Origin: Thermoanaerobaculia bacterium
Lineage (GTDB): Bacteria > Acidobacteriota > Thermoanaerobaculia > Multivoradales > JBCCEF01
NCBI GenBank assembly: GCA_036259515.1
Contig: DATABP010000705.1
Location: forward strand, 1 to 31,079
Length of the DNA stretch: 31,079 nucleotides
Direction of reading: 5' to 3'
The first letter of the stretch is position 1. The number at the start of each line of letters is the position of its first letter. A program made the position numbers and the translations under genes. This document shows positions 18,203-26,353 of the stretch, in pieces. Under the pieces are notes generated by a model. That model ran no database searches and had not been told where the DNA came from. It worked only from the letters and a program-made list of their open reading frames with translations.

Positions 18203-18233
18203 GCGCCTCGATTCGCAAGACGGAGAGTTCGCC

Positions 18234-18263
18234 TTGACTTAATTCGGGGTGCTCGTATATCTT
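18234..18263 (+). promoter_or_regulatory. Sigma70-like promoter TTGACT-N18-TATCTT for the lanthipeptide modification cassette
   Basis: -35 at 18234-18239 and -10 at 18258-18263, in an AT-rich patch just after the cyclase stop. Same -10 and spacing as the phaR promoter. Confidence 0.6.
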
Positions 18264-18350
18264 GGAGTCTCTTGGAGGCGAAAGCGGACGCTCCGGCGCT
18301 CTCGGCAGCCGAGGGAGTCGCCGCTTCAGGACCAACCCGTGTCGATCGAG

Positions 18351-19601
18351 ATGGGACTGGCGAAGGGGGCAGGCGCGGTCGGCGGCCGTGCGCCCTTCTC
18401 GCCGCCGGCAGAACCGGACGAGCCGGGCGCGGAGAGGATCGCCCGCCACCTCCGCCGCATCGCCCGCGACGTCGAGCGCCGCCTCGGCAGCGCGGAGGGC
18501 TCCGAGCGGCGCATCGCGTCGGTTCGCGCCTCCGACGGCCCGCCCACCCCCGACGGCACCTTCGACCTCTACCTCGGCGTCCCGGGGAGCGCCCTCTTCC
18601 TCGCCGCCCTCGCCCGGGTCGACGGCTCCTCCGACGACCGCGAGCGCTGCCTTCGCGCGATCGCGCCCCTGCGGCGGAGCGCAGCGCCCCGGGAGGCGCC
18701 GCCGAACGGCGCGCTGACCGGCACCGCCGGCGCCGTCTACGCGCTGAGCGTCGTCGCGCACCTGCTCGACGAGCCTTCGCTGCTCGACGACGCACACCGG
18801 CTGGCCGACCGCATCGATCTGCGGGCGATCGCCGAGGACCGCTTCCCCGACGTGGCGTGCGGCAGTGCGGGCACCCTCCTGTGCCTCCTCGCCCTCGGCC
18901 CGCGACTCGATCAGCCGGGGCCTCGCGGCCGCACCCCGCGCGATCTCGCCCTGCGCTGCGCCGACCGGCTCCTCGTCTGGTGCGGCGAGGAGCGTCGCGT
19001 GCGGAGCGGCTTCTCCCACGGCGCCTCGGGAGTGGCCACCGCGCTCGCCCGGCTGGCGGCAGTCACCGGCCGTGAGGACCTGGCGTCGGCGGCCCTCCGA
19101 CTGCTCGCCCGCGAGCGCGACCGCTTCGACGCGGCGGCGGGTCGCTGGACGGTGTCGGAGCAGGATCCCCTGGCGTCGCCGTGCTCGTGGTGCTTCGGGG
19201 CGCCGGGTCTCGCGCTGGCGCGCCTCGCGGTCGCCGAGCACGTCGCCCCGTCCCGCGCCGCCGCCCTGCGCGAGGAGGCGGAGACCGCGCTCGAGCAGAC
19301 CCTGACGGCGCCTCCCGACGGCGGCCTCGACCACCTCTGCTGCGGCGTCTTCGGCCGCGTCGAGACGCTCCTCGTCGCACACCGCCTGACCGGCCGCCCG
19401 GACCTCGCGGAGGGCGCCCGCGCGCTCGCCCACCGGGCGCTCGACGCCGCCGAGGAGGCCGGCGGCTTCCGCATCGACCATCCGAGCCTCGCCGCCTCCT
19501 TCTTCCGCGGCGTGGCGGGAATCGGCTATGCCCTGCTGCGTCTCGGGGGCGCGTCGGACCTCCCCTCGCCACTCCATTTCGAAGCTCCGTTCCCGCCATG
19601 A
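18351..19601 (+). CDS. Stand-alone LanC-like lanthionine cyclase resembling the C-terminal domain of LanM; start uncertain (18339 or 18351), ~416 aa
   Basis: Alpha/alpha-toroid GxxG repeats DLYLGVPGSALFLAAL, GALTGTAG, DVACGSAG, GFSHGASG (acid His), WCFGAPG, DHLCCG (Zn ligands) and FFRGVAGIGYALLR. There is no upstream dehydratase domain. Confidence 0.85.
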   Translation: MGLAKGAGAVGGRAPFSPPAEPDEPGAERIARHLRRIARDVERRLGSAEGSERRIASVRASDGPPTPDGTFDLYLGVPGSALFLAALARVDGSSDDRERCLRAIAPLRRSAAPREAPPNGALTGTAGAVYALSVVAHLLDEPSLLDDAHRLADRIDLRAIAEDRFPDVACGSAGTLLCLLALGPRLDQPGPRGRTPRDLALRCADRLLVWCGEERRVRSGFSHGASGVATALARLAAVTGREDLASAALRLLARERDRFDAAAGRWTVSEQDPLASPCSWCFGAPGLALARLAVAEHVAPSRAAALREEAETALEQTLTAPPDGGLDHLCCGVFGRVETLLVAHRLTGRPDLAEGARALAHRALDAAEEAGGFRIDHPSLAASFFRGVAGIGYALLRLGGASDLPSPLHFEAPFPP

Positions 19602-20575
19602 CCGTCGCCGCCGCCGTCGACGTCACGCTGGCCGATCCGCGGCTGACCTCCAGCATCTACTGCGCGGGCCATCTCGACGAGCTCCTGCACCGCGGCGTCG
19701 CACCGCTGTGGCGGGCGAGCCGCGCCGCCGGGGTGGGCGGCTATCTGTGGCTGATGCGCTACGCGCGATGCGGCGAGCACCTCAAGGTGCGCTTCCACGG
19801 CTCGCCCCGCGAGGCGGAGGACCTCCGGAGGGCACTGGCCGACGCGGTCGAGGAGGTCTTCGCGCGACTGCCGCCGCCGACGGCCGCCGAGCGCGAGCTG
19901 AACGAGCATCTGTTCGCGGTCGATCCCGAGGACCTGGCGACGGAGCCTTACCCCGACCGCACGCTGCTGTGGACCCGCTACCGGCGGTGGCCGGGCACGA
20001 TGGGTCGCGAGCCGCTGTCCGACGACCTGGGCCTGGCCGCGCTCTTCACCCGGTGCCTCGGGGCGGGTTGCGAGCACGTGCTCGACGAGCTGGTGCCGGA
20101 CGAGACCGGCCGCTTCCGCCAGTCGCTGCGCACCCGCATCGTCCTCGACCTCCTCCTCTGCGGCCTCTCGACCCTCGGCTTCCCGCCGCGCGAAGCCGCC
20201 CGCTACCTGGACTACCACCGCGACTGGCTGATCCTCGGCGGCGGCGGCGAGCTCGACCCGACGCACCGGCTCTTCGCCGCCAAGCTGGAACGCGAGGTCG
20301 CCGACCTGGCGCCCTTCGCTGGCGCCTACCGGCGGAGCGCCGAGGAGGGCCCCCAGGCCGTGCTCGCGCCGTGGAGCGCCGCGCTCGGCGACCTCGCCCG
20401 GTACACCTGCGAGCTCGCCGGGGTCGACGTGCCCTGGCAGCCGGACGATCCATACGAGCGCGACCAGGTCCTCGCGCCCCTCTTCAAGAGCCTGCACGGC
20501 CTGGCCAACCTGGTTCGCGTCGGGCTCTACAACGAGGCCTACCTGTGCCACCTCCTCGGCCGGGCGCTCGCCTGA
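19598..20575 (+). CDS. Divergent lantibiotic dehydratase C-terminal (elimination)-like domain protein, copy 1, 325 aa
   Basis: YLWLMRYARCGEHLKVRFH resembles the FFxRY...HLRxR motif, and LHGLAN resembles HMxxNR. ATGA overlap with the LanC-like stop. Confidence 0.72.
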   Translation: MTVAAAVDVTLADPRLTSSIYCAGHLDELLHRGVAPLWRASRAAGVGGYLWLMRYARCGEHLKVRFHGSPREAEDLRRALADAVEEVFARLPPPTAAERELNEHLFAVDPEDLATEPYPDRTLLWTRYRRWPGTMGREPLSDDLGLAALFTRCLGAGCEHVLDELVPDETGRFRQSLRTRIVLDLLLCGLSTLGFPPREAARYLDYHRDWLILGGGGELDPTHRLFAAKLEREVADLAPFAGAYRRSAEEGPQAVLAPWSAALGDLARYTCELAGVDVPWQPDDPYERDQVLAPLFKSLHGLANLVRVGLYNEAYLCHLLGRALA

Positions 20576-21564
20576 TGGAGACGACGATGCGACCGCAGCC
20601 GCTGCTGAGCGCCAACATCTACTGCGCGCAAGCCCTCGACGCGTTGATCGCCGAGGTGATCACGCCGTTCTCGCGGCAGGTGTGCGCCGAGGGCTCCTAC
20701 CTGTGGCTGATCCGCCACTCGCGGGGCGGCGAGCACCTCAAGGTCCGGCTCCACGCGCCGCCGGCGATCCAAGACCAGGCTCGACGGCTGCTCGAAGAGC
20801 AGGTGCGCTCCTTCTTCGCCGCGCTGCCGGCGAACGAGTCGGCGGCGGTGCCGGGCCAGGAGCAGCTCGCGGTGATCGATCCCGAGGACGCGGTGGACAG
20901 CCCGTACCCCGACCGCTCGCTCCTGTGGACCACCTACCAGGCAAGCCCGGTGACCTTCGGGGCGCCCATCCTGCTCGAGGATGCGGAGTTCCAGGCCCTC
21001 TTCACCCGCGCGCTCGGCGCCGGGTGCCGCATCGCGCTCGACCTCTTCGCGCCGGCGGCGAGCGAGGGCGCCGTGCCGATCGGCAAGCGCCAGAGCCTGG
21101 TCTTCAAGCTCGTCGTTCTCACCTGGCGGGCGCTGCCGGCCGCGGCGATCGACCGCGCGGGCTATCTCGACTACCACCGCGACTGGCTGGTGCGCTGGAT
21201 GCTCGCCCACTCCGATCCGGCGACGACGACGCGCGAGTCGGTGCTCGATCTCTTCGATCGCAAGGCGGCGACGATGGAGGCGTCGGTCGGCGTCCTGGCC
21301 TCCGCGCTGGCGCAGGAAGACGACGACGGCGAGGCCGAGGGACCGAACGCCGAGTACCAGCGGGCGATCCGCGACTACTTCCGGCAGGTCCAGGGGTTCC
21401 GCGGCGACCCGGCCTACCGGCTCGACCCCTACACCGAGGACGCCGCGTTCCTGCCGCTGTTCAAGGTGCTGCACAACCTCGCCAACGCGATCGGCCTCGG
21501 CATCCGGCATGAGGCGTTCACCTATCACCTGCTGAGCCGCGCCGCGCACCGGGAGCCGAAGTGA
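20575..21564 (+). CDS. Divergent lantibiotic dehydratase C-terminal-like domain protein, copy 2 (tandem paralog of copy 1), 329 aa
   Basis: YLWLIRHSRGGEHLKVRLH, PYPDRSLLWTTY, YLDYHRDWL and PLFKVLHNLAN. TGATG overlap with copy 1. Confidence 0.72.
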   Translation: METTMRPQPLLSANIYCAQALDALIAEVITPFSRQVCAEGSYLWLIRHSRGGEHLKVRLHAPPAIQDQARRLLEEQVRSFFAALPANESAAVPGQEQLAVIDPEDAVDSPYPDRSLLWTTYQASPVTFGAPILLEDAEFQALFTRALGAGCRIALDLFAPAASEGAVPIGKRQSLVFKLVVLTWRALPAAAIDRAGYLDYHRDWLVRWMLAHSDPATTTRESVLDLFDRKAATMEASVGVLASALAQEDDDGEAEGPNAEYQRAIRDYFRQVQGFRGDPAYRLDPYTEDAAFLPLFKVLHNLANAIGLGIRHEAFTYHLLSRAAHREPK

Positions 21565-24296
21565 CCGCCGCTCCGATCCTCGTCCGCGTCGCCGGCCTGC
21601 CGGCCTCTGCGATCGACTGCTTCTCGAGCCCGGAGCTGCTGCACCGGACCGCGCGGAGGAAGGAGGGCGAGGAGCGGCTGAGGGCCCTGCGCGAATCGCT
21701 CGTCGACCTCCTCTTCGGCGAGCTCGCCGCGCAGCCGCCCGAGCTGCGCAAGCTGATGCTCGCCTTGAAACGCGACTGTTTCAATCGGCGACCCCTGGCG
21801 CCCAGGACGGAGGACCCGCGCTGGCCGCGGCTCGGTGACGCGCTGCGCGCTCCCCTCGACGAGGCGGTGCGGCTGGAGCGGCAGCTCGGCCACGAAGAGG
21901 AGGAGATCCGCGACCTCTGGCGGCGCGAGATCCAGCGCGAGCGCGAAGCGTTGCGCGACGTGCTCGACGACCGCTCGCTGCTCCGCGGCGTCTCGCTCGC
22001 CAGTCAGCCGCTGGCGCAGAGGATGGACGCCTTCGAGACGCCGGCCGATCCGCTCCGCCCGAACCGGAAGCAGCGCAAGCTCGAGCAGAGCCTGTTGCGC
22101 TACGTCAGCCGCGCCGCGGTCAAGCTGTCCCCCTACTCCACCTTGACGCGGGTCGGCCTGGGGACCGTCGCCGCGCGGGAGGGCGACGGGTCCCTGGCCT
22201 TCGTCGGCGGCGACTGGGAGGAGACCTCGCTGCTGCGGATGCGCCGCTACATCGCGGATCAGATCGCGATGGTGCTCGCCTACTCCCCGGCGCTTCGCGG
22301 CGAGGTCCGCCTTCGCCTCAACGACACCCTGGAACGGCTGCCTTCCGGGCAGCTCCAGCTCCTGCGCCCGCTGCTGCTCCGCCACGACGAGGAGGCGGGG
22401 CAGCTCCGTTACGCGCGCATGTCGCTCGCGCGCCTGGCGCTCACCGGCCCGGTCTTCGAGCGTGTCCTGGAGGTCCTCGAAGCGGCGCCGGAGGGCCTCC
22501 GCCTGGACGAGATCTGCGACCGCTGCCAGGCGTCGCCGTCCGCCGCGGGCGGCGACGAGGACACGAGGCGCGAGGAGATCGAACGCCGCGTCGGCGCCCT
22601 GCTCGGCGCCGGCGTCGTCCTGCCCGAGCCGGCGTGGAAGTCCGAGGACGTCCACCTCGAGCGAGCGATCGCCGAAGGGCTGTCCGGAACCGACCCGGCC
22701 GTCGTGCCCGCCTCCCTCACCGAGAGCGTCGTCCAATTGGTCGAGCGCGAGTCGGCGTTCGCGTCGAACGGCCAACCGACACTGCGCTCGCTCGAGGAGC
22801 TCAACTCGCTGATCCACACGGTGTGGGACGAGAGCTGCGCGTTGGCCGAGAGCCAGCTCCGACTCCAGTTCCCGGCCGGCGAGAAGTACAACTTCTACGA
22901 GGACGTCTTCCTGAGCTCCGCCGAGCCGTGCCAGGAGATCGCGCAGCTCGACCCGACGGCAGCCGACCAGCTCCTCCTGGTCGGCGACGCCCTCTGGCAC
23001 TTCACCGACTTCTACCAGCCGCGGCGCGAGCTCCTCCTCACCCTCGACCGCCTCATCGAGGAGCGCTGGGGAGAACGCGCCAGCGTGCCCTTCCTGCAGC
23101 TCTTCCAGGAGGCCCAGGAGCTGTGGAAGGACTTCGTCCTCTTCAAGTACGACCAGCGCGAGTGCTTCGATCCCCTCGACAGTCCGGGCATCGAGGCGCT
23201 GCTCGAGACCCGCGAGGCGCTCCGCCACGAGCTCTTGGAGCTCTCGCGGAGCGAGGTCCTGCCGCTCGACCGGCTGCTGGCGATCCGTGACCGCATCCCG
23301 CCGGAGCACCTCTCCGAGCTGGGGGCGTGCCTGTTCGTGCAGCCGCTCGACCGCTCGGGGCGGCGCTGGGTGCTCAACCGGCTGTTCGAGGGCAGCGGAC
23401 GCTACAGCAGCCGCTTCTCCTCGCCGATGCCGGCCACGGTGCGCCGTCACTACCTCGCCCACTTCATCCGTTCCGCGCGGCGGCACCGCGCCGCCGGCGG
23501 CAGCGAGATCGTGGACGTCCTCTACGGGCGCGACAACACGGTCAACCTCCACCATCCGCAGACGGAGAGAGTGCTGGTCATCCCGGGAGAGTCGACGCGG
23601 CTGCCCCGCCACCGGCGGCTCTACCTCAAGGACCTCCGTGTCGAGCGGCAGCCCGGCCGCGGCGTCCCCGTCCTCACCGACGGGCGCGGCCGCCGCCTCC
23701 TGCCCTGCTACTTCAGCGCCATCAACGACATGTACCTGCCGGTGGTGGTCAAGTTCCTCTCCGCCTTCGGACCCTCCTCCGGAGCGGGCAAGGCGATCTT
23801 CCCGTGGCGCACCGAGCAGCGGCGAGGGATCACGGTCGCCGCGCCGCTCGAGGCCGGTCCCCTGCTCCTCCGGCGGCGGCGGTGGATCTTCCGCGCGTCG
23901 GCGCTGCCCCAGGCGCACGGCGACGCCGTCGACCGCTTTCTCGCCCTCGACGGGTGGCGCGGCGAGCACGGCATTCCCCGGCAGGTCTTCCTCATCGAGA
24001 AGATCGACGAGAACGAGACCGGCCAGCCGGTCTTCAAGCCGCAGTTCATCGACTTCGGCTCACCGCTCCTTTGCGACGTGTTCTTTTCGCAGCTCCGCTC
24101 TCCGGAGCAGGAGATCACCCTCGAAGAAGCTCTCCCGACCACCGACGCCTATCCAGCCGACGCGGCAGGGCGACGCTGGGCGGTCGAGCTCGTCGTGGAG
24201 AGCCTGTCGCTCTCGCACCTGTCGACCCATCGTGCCCCTTCCACGCTGAGGCGGCGCCTCGACGCCCGCGACGAGGCGTCACCCCATGAGATCTGA
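21561..24296 (+). CDS. Split LanB: lantibiotic dehydratase N-terminal (tRNA-dependent glutamylation) domain, 911 aa
   Basis: LVRVAGLP start, YVSRAAVKLSPYSTLTRVG (R-x3-K-x-S-P motif), an RRE-like segment (LRLNDTLE...), FYED and GSGRYSSRF. It has no C-terminal elimination domain. GTGA overlap with the upstream gene. Confidence 0.88.
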   Translation: MTAAPILVRVAGLPASAIDCFSSPELLHRTARRKEGEERLRALRESLVDLLFGELAAQPPELRKLMLALKRDCFNRRPLAPRTEDPRWPRLGDALRAPLDEAVRLERQLGHEEEEIRDLWRREIQREREALRDVLDDRSLLRGVSLASQPLAQRMDAFETPADPLRPNRKQRKLEQSLLRYVSRAAVKLSPYSTLTRVGLGTVAAREGDGSLAFVGGDWEETSLLRMRRYIADQIAMVLAYSPALRGEVRLRLNDTLERLPSGQLQLLRPLLLRHDEEAGQLRYARMSLARLALTGPVFERVLEVLEAAPEGLRLDEICDRCQASPSAAGGDEDTRREEIERRVGALLGAGVVLPEPAWKSEDVHLERAIAEGLSGTDPAVVPASLTESVVQLVERESAFASNGQPTLRSLEELNSLIHTVWDESCALAESQLRLQFPAGEKYNFYEDVFLSSAEPCQEIAQLDPTAADQLLLVGDALWHFTDFYQPRRELLLTLDRLIEERWGERASVPFLQLFQEAQELWKDFVLFKYDQRECFDPLDSPGIEALLETREALRHELLELSRSEVLPLDRLLAIRDRIPPEHLSELGACLFVQPLDRSGRRWVLNRLFEGSGRYSSRFSSPMPATVRRHYLAHFIRSARRHRAAGGSEIVDVLYGRDNTVNLHHPQTERVLVIPGESTRLPRHRRLYLKDLRVERQPGRGVPVLTDGRGRRLLPCYFSAINDMYLPVVVKFLSAFGPSSGAGKAIFPWRTEQRRGITVAAPLEAGPLLLRRRRWIFRASALPQAHGDAVDRFLALDGWRGEHGIPRQVFLIEKIDENETGQPVFKPQFIDFGSPLLCDVFFSQLRSPEQEITLEEALPTTDAYPADAAGRRWAVELVVESLSLSHLSTHRAPSTLRRRLDARDEASPHEI

Positions 24297-24307
24297 GCTC
24301 GCGAGTT

Positions 24308-24356
24308 CCTCCTCCCATTCCGGGAGCGAGGTGTTCAACGAGGGAGAATCCCTCGT
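24308..24356 (+). other. Two RNA hairpins directly 5' of the precursor ribosome-binding site
   Basis: CCTC-CTCCC/GGGAG-C-GAGG at 24308-24331, and a perfect 8-bp stem ACGAGGGA-GAA-TCCCTCGT at 24338-24356 ending right before the AAGGAG SD at 24357. Confidence 0.55.
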
Positions 24357-24369
24357 AAGGAGAAGAGAG

Positions 24370-24561
24370 ATGTCGAAGAAGAAGGACGAGCTGGAGAAGA
24401 TCGAGGAGCTCGACGTGCAGGGTCTGTCGGACGAGGAGCTCGAGTCGGTCGCCGGCGGCGCCGAGGCGGCCACCGACGTCGTGTCCTGTTCCTGCTCCTG
24501 CTGTGCGGCCACCGCGACGAATCAGACGCAGTCGCCCTCGCTGGATCCCAGCGGCGGCTAG
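24370..24561 (+). CDS. RiPP (lanthipeptide-like) precursor, 63 aa: 30 aa double-Gly leader plus 33 aa Ser/Thr/Cys-rich core
   Basis: MSKKKDELEKIEELDVQGLSDEELESVAGG | AEAATDVVSCSCSCCAATATNQTQSPSLDPSGG. Strong SD; lies immediately after the LanB gene. Confidence 0.9.
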   Translation: MSKKKDELEKIEELDVQGLSDEELESVAGGAEAATDVVSCSCSCCAATATNQTQSPSLDPSGG

Positions 24562-24577
24562 CGAGCACGGCGATGGA

Positions 24578-24623
24578 CCGCCCGGCCGAGAGCGCCCCAG
24601 CTCGCGGCCGGGCGGCCTTCTTT
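24578..24623 (+). terminator. GC-rich stem-loop after the precursor (leaky terminator or 3' stabiliser)
   Basis: 11-bp perfect stem CCGCCCGGCCG (24578-24588) / CGGCCGGGCGG (24605-24615), followed by CCTTCTTT. The weak U-tract suggests partial read-through. Confidence 0.55.
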
Positions 24624-24642
24624 CGGCGGCGAAGAGAATCCC

Positions 24643-25344
24643 ATGCCAGCCACCGAGACCCTGCGCTGGTACTACTTCATCCCCCGCTGCGGCGGCGAGG
24701 GGCAGCGCTGGTTCGTCGACTATCACGCCTCCCGGTGCATGCAGTTGACGGCCGATCTCGATCGCGCCCTCGTCCTGCTCCGCACGCAGAGGGTGAACGA
24801 GGGTTGCGTGCTGCTCGACCGCTGCGAGGCGCGTCTGGACGCGATGCGGCAGGCGCTCGCGCCCGCGGTGTTGAAGGTCGCCGAACGCTGGTACTTCAGC
24901 ACCGTGGCCTACTACTGGTACGTGGTCGGGGACGCTCCCCGGGCGCTCCTCTTCCTGCGGCAGGCCGAGGAGGCGCTGGTCGCGGCGATCGACCGCGCCG
25001 GTTTCCTCGTCGTCCTCGCCGGCGCGTGCTGCGAGTTCGAGCTCCACCGGGCGCGCGTCGCCCGCTCGGTGGGTGACTGGCCGACCATGCGCGAGCACCT
25101 CGAGGGCGGACGCGCGATGGTCGAGAACCGCCGCCCCCTGTGCGAGCTCGACGGCGGGACGGCGATCCACTTCCGCGACTACGACGGGTTCTTCCGCACG
25201 CTTCGGCCGCGAAGCGAAGAGGAGCGAGCGGCGATCGCGCAGCTCACCGACGCCGGGGTGCGCGCCCGCGGCTTCGAGCTCCACGCCCGCCGGGTCGAGC
25301 TCCTGCCGAACGTCGTGGTGCCGTTCCAGGCCACGGAGCTCTGA
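24643..25344 (+). CDS. Hypothetical helical (TPR-like) protein inside the RiPP cassette, 233 aa
   Basis: Ordinary protein composition, unlike the shadow ORFs. Its TGA overlaps the next ATG (TGATG). I recognise no family motif. Confidence 0.7.
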   Translation: MPATETLRWYYFIPRCGGEGQRWFVDYHASRCMQLTADLDRALVLLRTQRVNEGCVLLDRCEARLDAMRQALAPAVLKVAERWYFSTVAYYWYVVGDAPRALLFLRQAEEALVAAIDRAGFLVVLAGACCEFELHRARVARSVGDWPTMREHLEGGRAMVENRRPLCELDGGTAIHFRDYDGFFRTLRPRSEEERAAIAQLTDAGVRARGFELHARRVELLPNVVVPFQATEL

Positions 25345-26345
25345 TGCTCACCGGGCCCGCGACCCTGCCCTCGGCGGTGAAGCTCGGCGCGAGCTGCTGG
25401 ATCTCCTACAACCTCTACACGTCGTCGGGGGACGAGGCGCTGCGCGGGGTGATCGCTCCCGCCGTCGCCGACCTCCTCCGCCGGCGCTCGATCCGCGGCT
25501 TCTTCTTCGTGCGCTACTTCGACGAGCGAGGGCCGCACCTCCGAGTGCGCCTCGACGTCGCGGAGTCTCGGCTCGAAGAGGCCGACGCCGCCTTCGTGGC
25601 CGGTGTCCTGTCGCGGCTCGACGCGCCGACGCCCGGCGATCGCCTCCTGCCCTCCGAGATCGAGCTGGAGGTCGAGCGCTACGGCGGCCCCGCGGCGCAC
25701 CTCGCCGCGCTCGATTTCTTCTGTCTCTCCAGCCTCCACGCCCTGGAGCACGTCCGCCGCCACCACGCGGCGAGGCCCGTGCAGCGCCTCAAGCTGGCGA
25801 CTTCGCTCCTGCTCTGGCAGGCGTTGGGGTTCGCCCGCACCGTCGAGGAGCTGCGGGCGCTCCTCGACTACTTCAGCGGCTGGCGACCGGCGCTGGCGGC
25901 GGTCGTCGCCAAGGCCGACGAAGCCTTCGACCGGCACCCCGAGGGCTGGTGCGAGCTCCTTCACCGGGCGATCCGCATCGCCGACGAGGCCGCCGAGAGC
26001 GCGGCCGGCGACCTCGGGTCGGCGGGGGCGATCTTCACCGCCTCCCGCGGCCTGTCCCGGCAGACCGAGGAGGTGCCGTCCGCCGCCCGCGCCGAGCTCG
26101 CCCGCAGCCAGATGCACATGACCGCCAACCGCATCGGTCTGAGCAATGCCTGGGAGATCTACCTCTCGCAGATCCTCTGCCGGAGCGCGGCCGCCGCCGA
26201 GGCCGCCGATCCCGCGTTCCTCCCTGGCCTCGAGCGCCGTCTGAGCCACTGGCGAAGCCAGGCGCACCCGGCGGGAGCGGTCGCTCTCGCCGAGCTCGTC
26301 GCCGACGGCCTCGCCCGCTTCGCGGCGGGCTGGCCGTCGAGATAG
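25344..26345 (+). CDS. Thiopeptide-type bacteriocin biosynthesis protein / canonical Lant_dehydr_C elimination domain, 333 aa
   Basis: WISYNLY, FFFVRYFDERGPHLRVR, LEVERYGG and SQMHMTANRIGL...EIYL. Confidence 0.88.
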   Translation: MLTGPATLPSAVKLGASCWISYNLYTSSGDEALRGVIAPAVADLLRRRSIRGFFFVRYFDERGPHLRVRLDVAESRLEEADAAFVAGVLSRLDAPTPGDRLLPSEIELEVERYGGPAAHLAALDFFCLSSLHALEHVRRHHAARPVQRLKLATSLLLWQALGFARTVEELRALLDYFSGWRPALAAVVAKADEAFDRHPEGWCELLHRAIRIADEAAESAAGDLGSAGAIFTASRGLSRQTEEVPSAARAELARSQMHMTANRIGLSNAWEIYLSQILCRSAAAAEAADPAFLPGLERRLSHWRSQAHPAGAVALAELVADGLARFAAGWPSR

Positions 26346-26353
26346 AGCAGCTC

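Noticed and set aside
21561-24296. LanB N-domain as a PEARL (peptide aminoacyl-tRNA ligase)
   Set aside because: Elimination-domain partners and a cyclase are adjacent and the precursor is rich in Ser/Thr/Cys, so dehydration is the simpler explanation. A phylogeny would settle it.
18351-26345. Reading the cassette as a thiopeptide or LAP cluster
   Set aside because: No YcaO, ocin-ThiF or flavin dehydrogenase gene in the window, and a LanC-like cyclase is present. This reading would be revived only if those genes act in trans.
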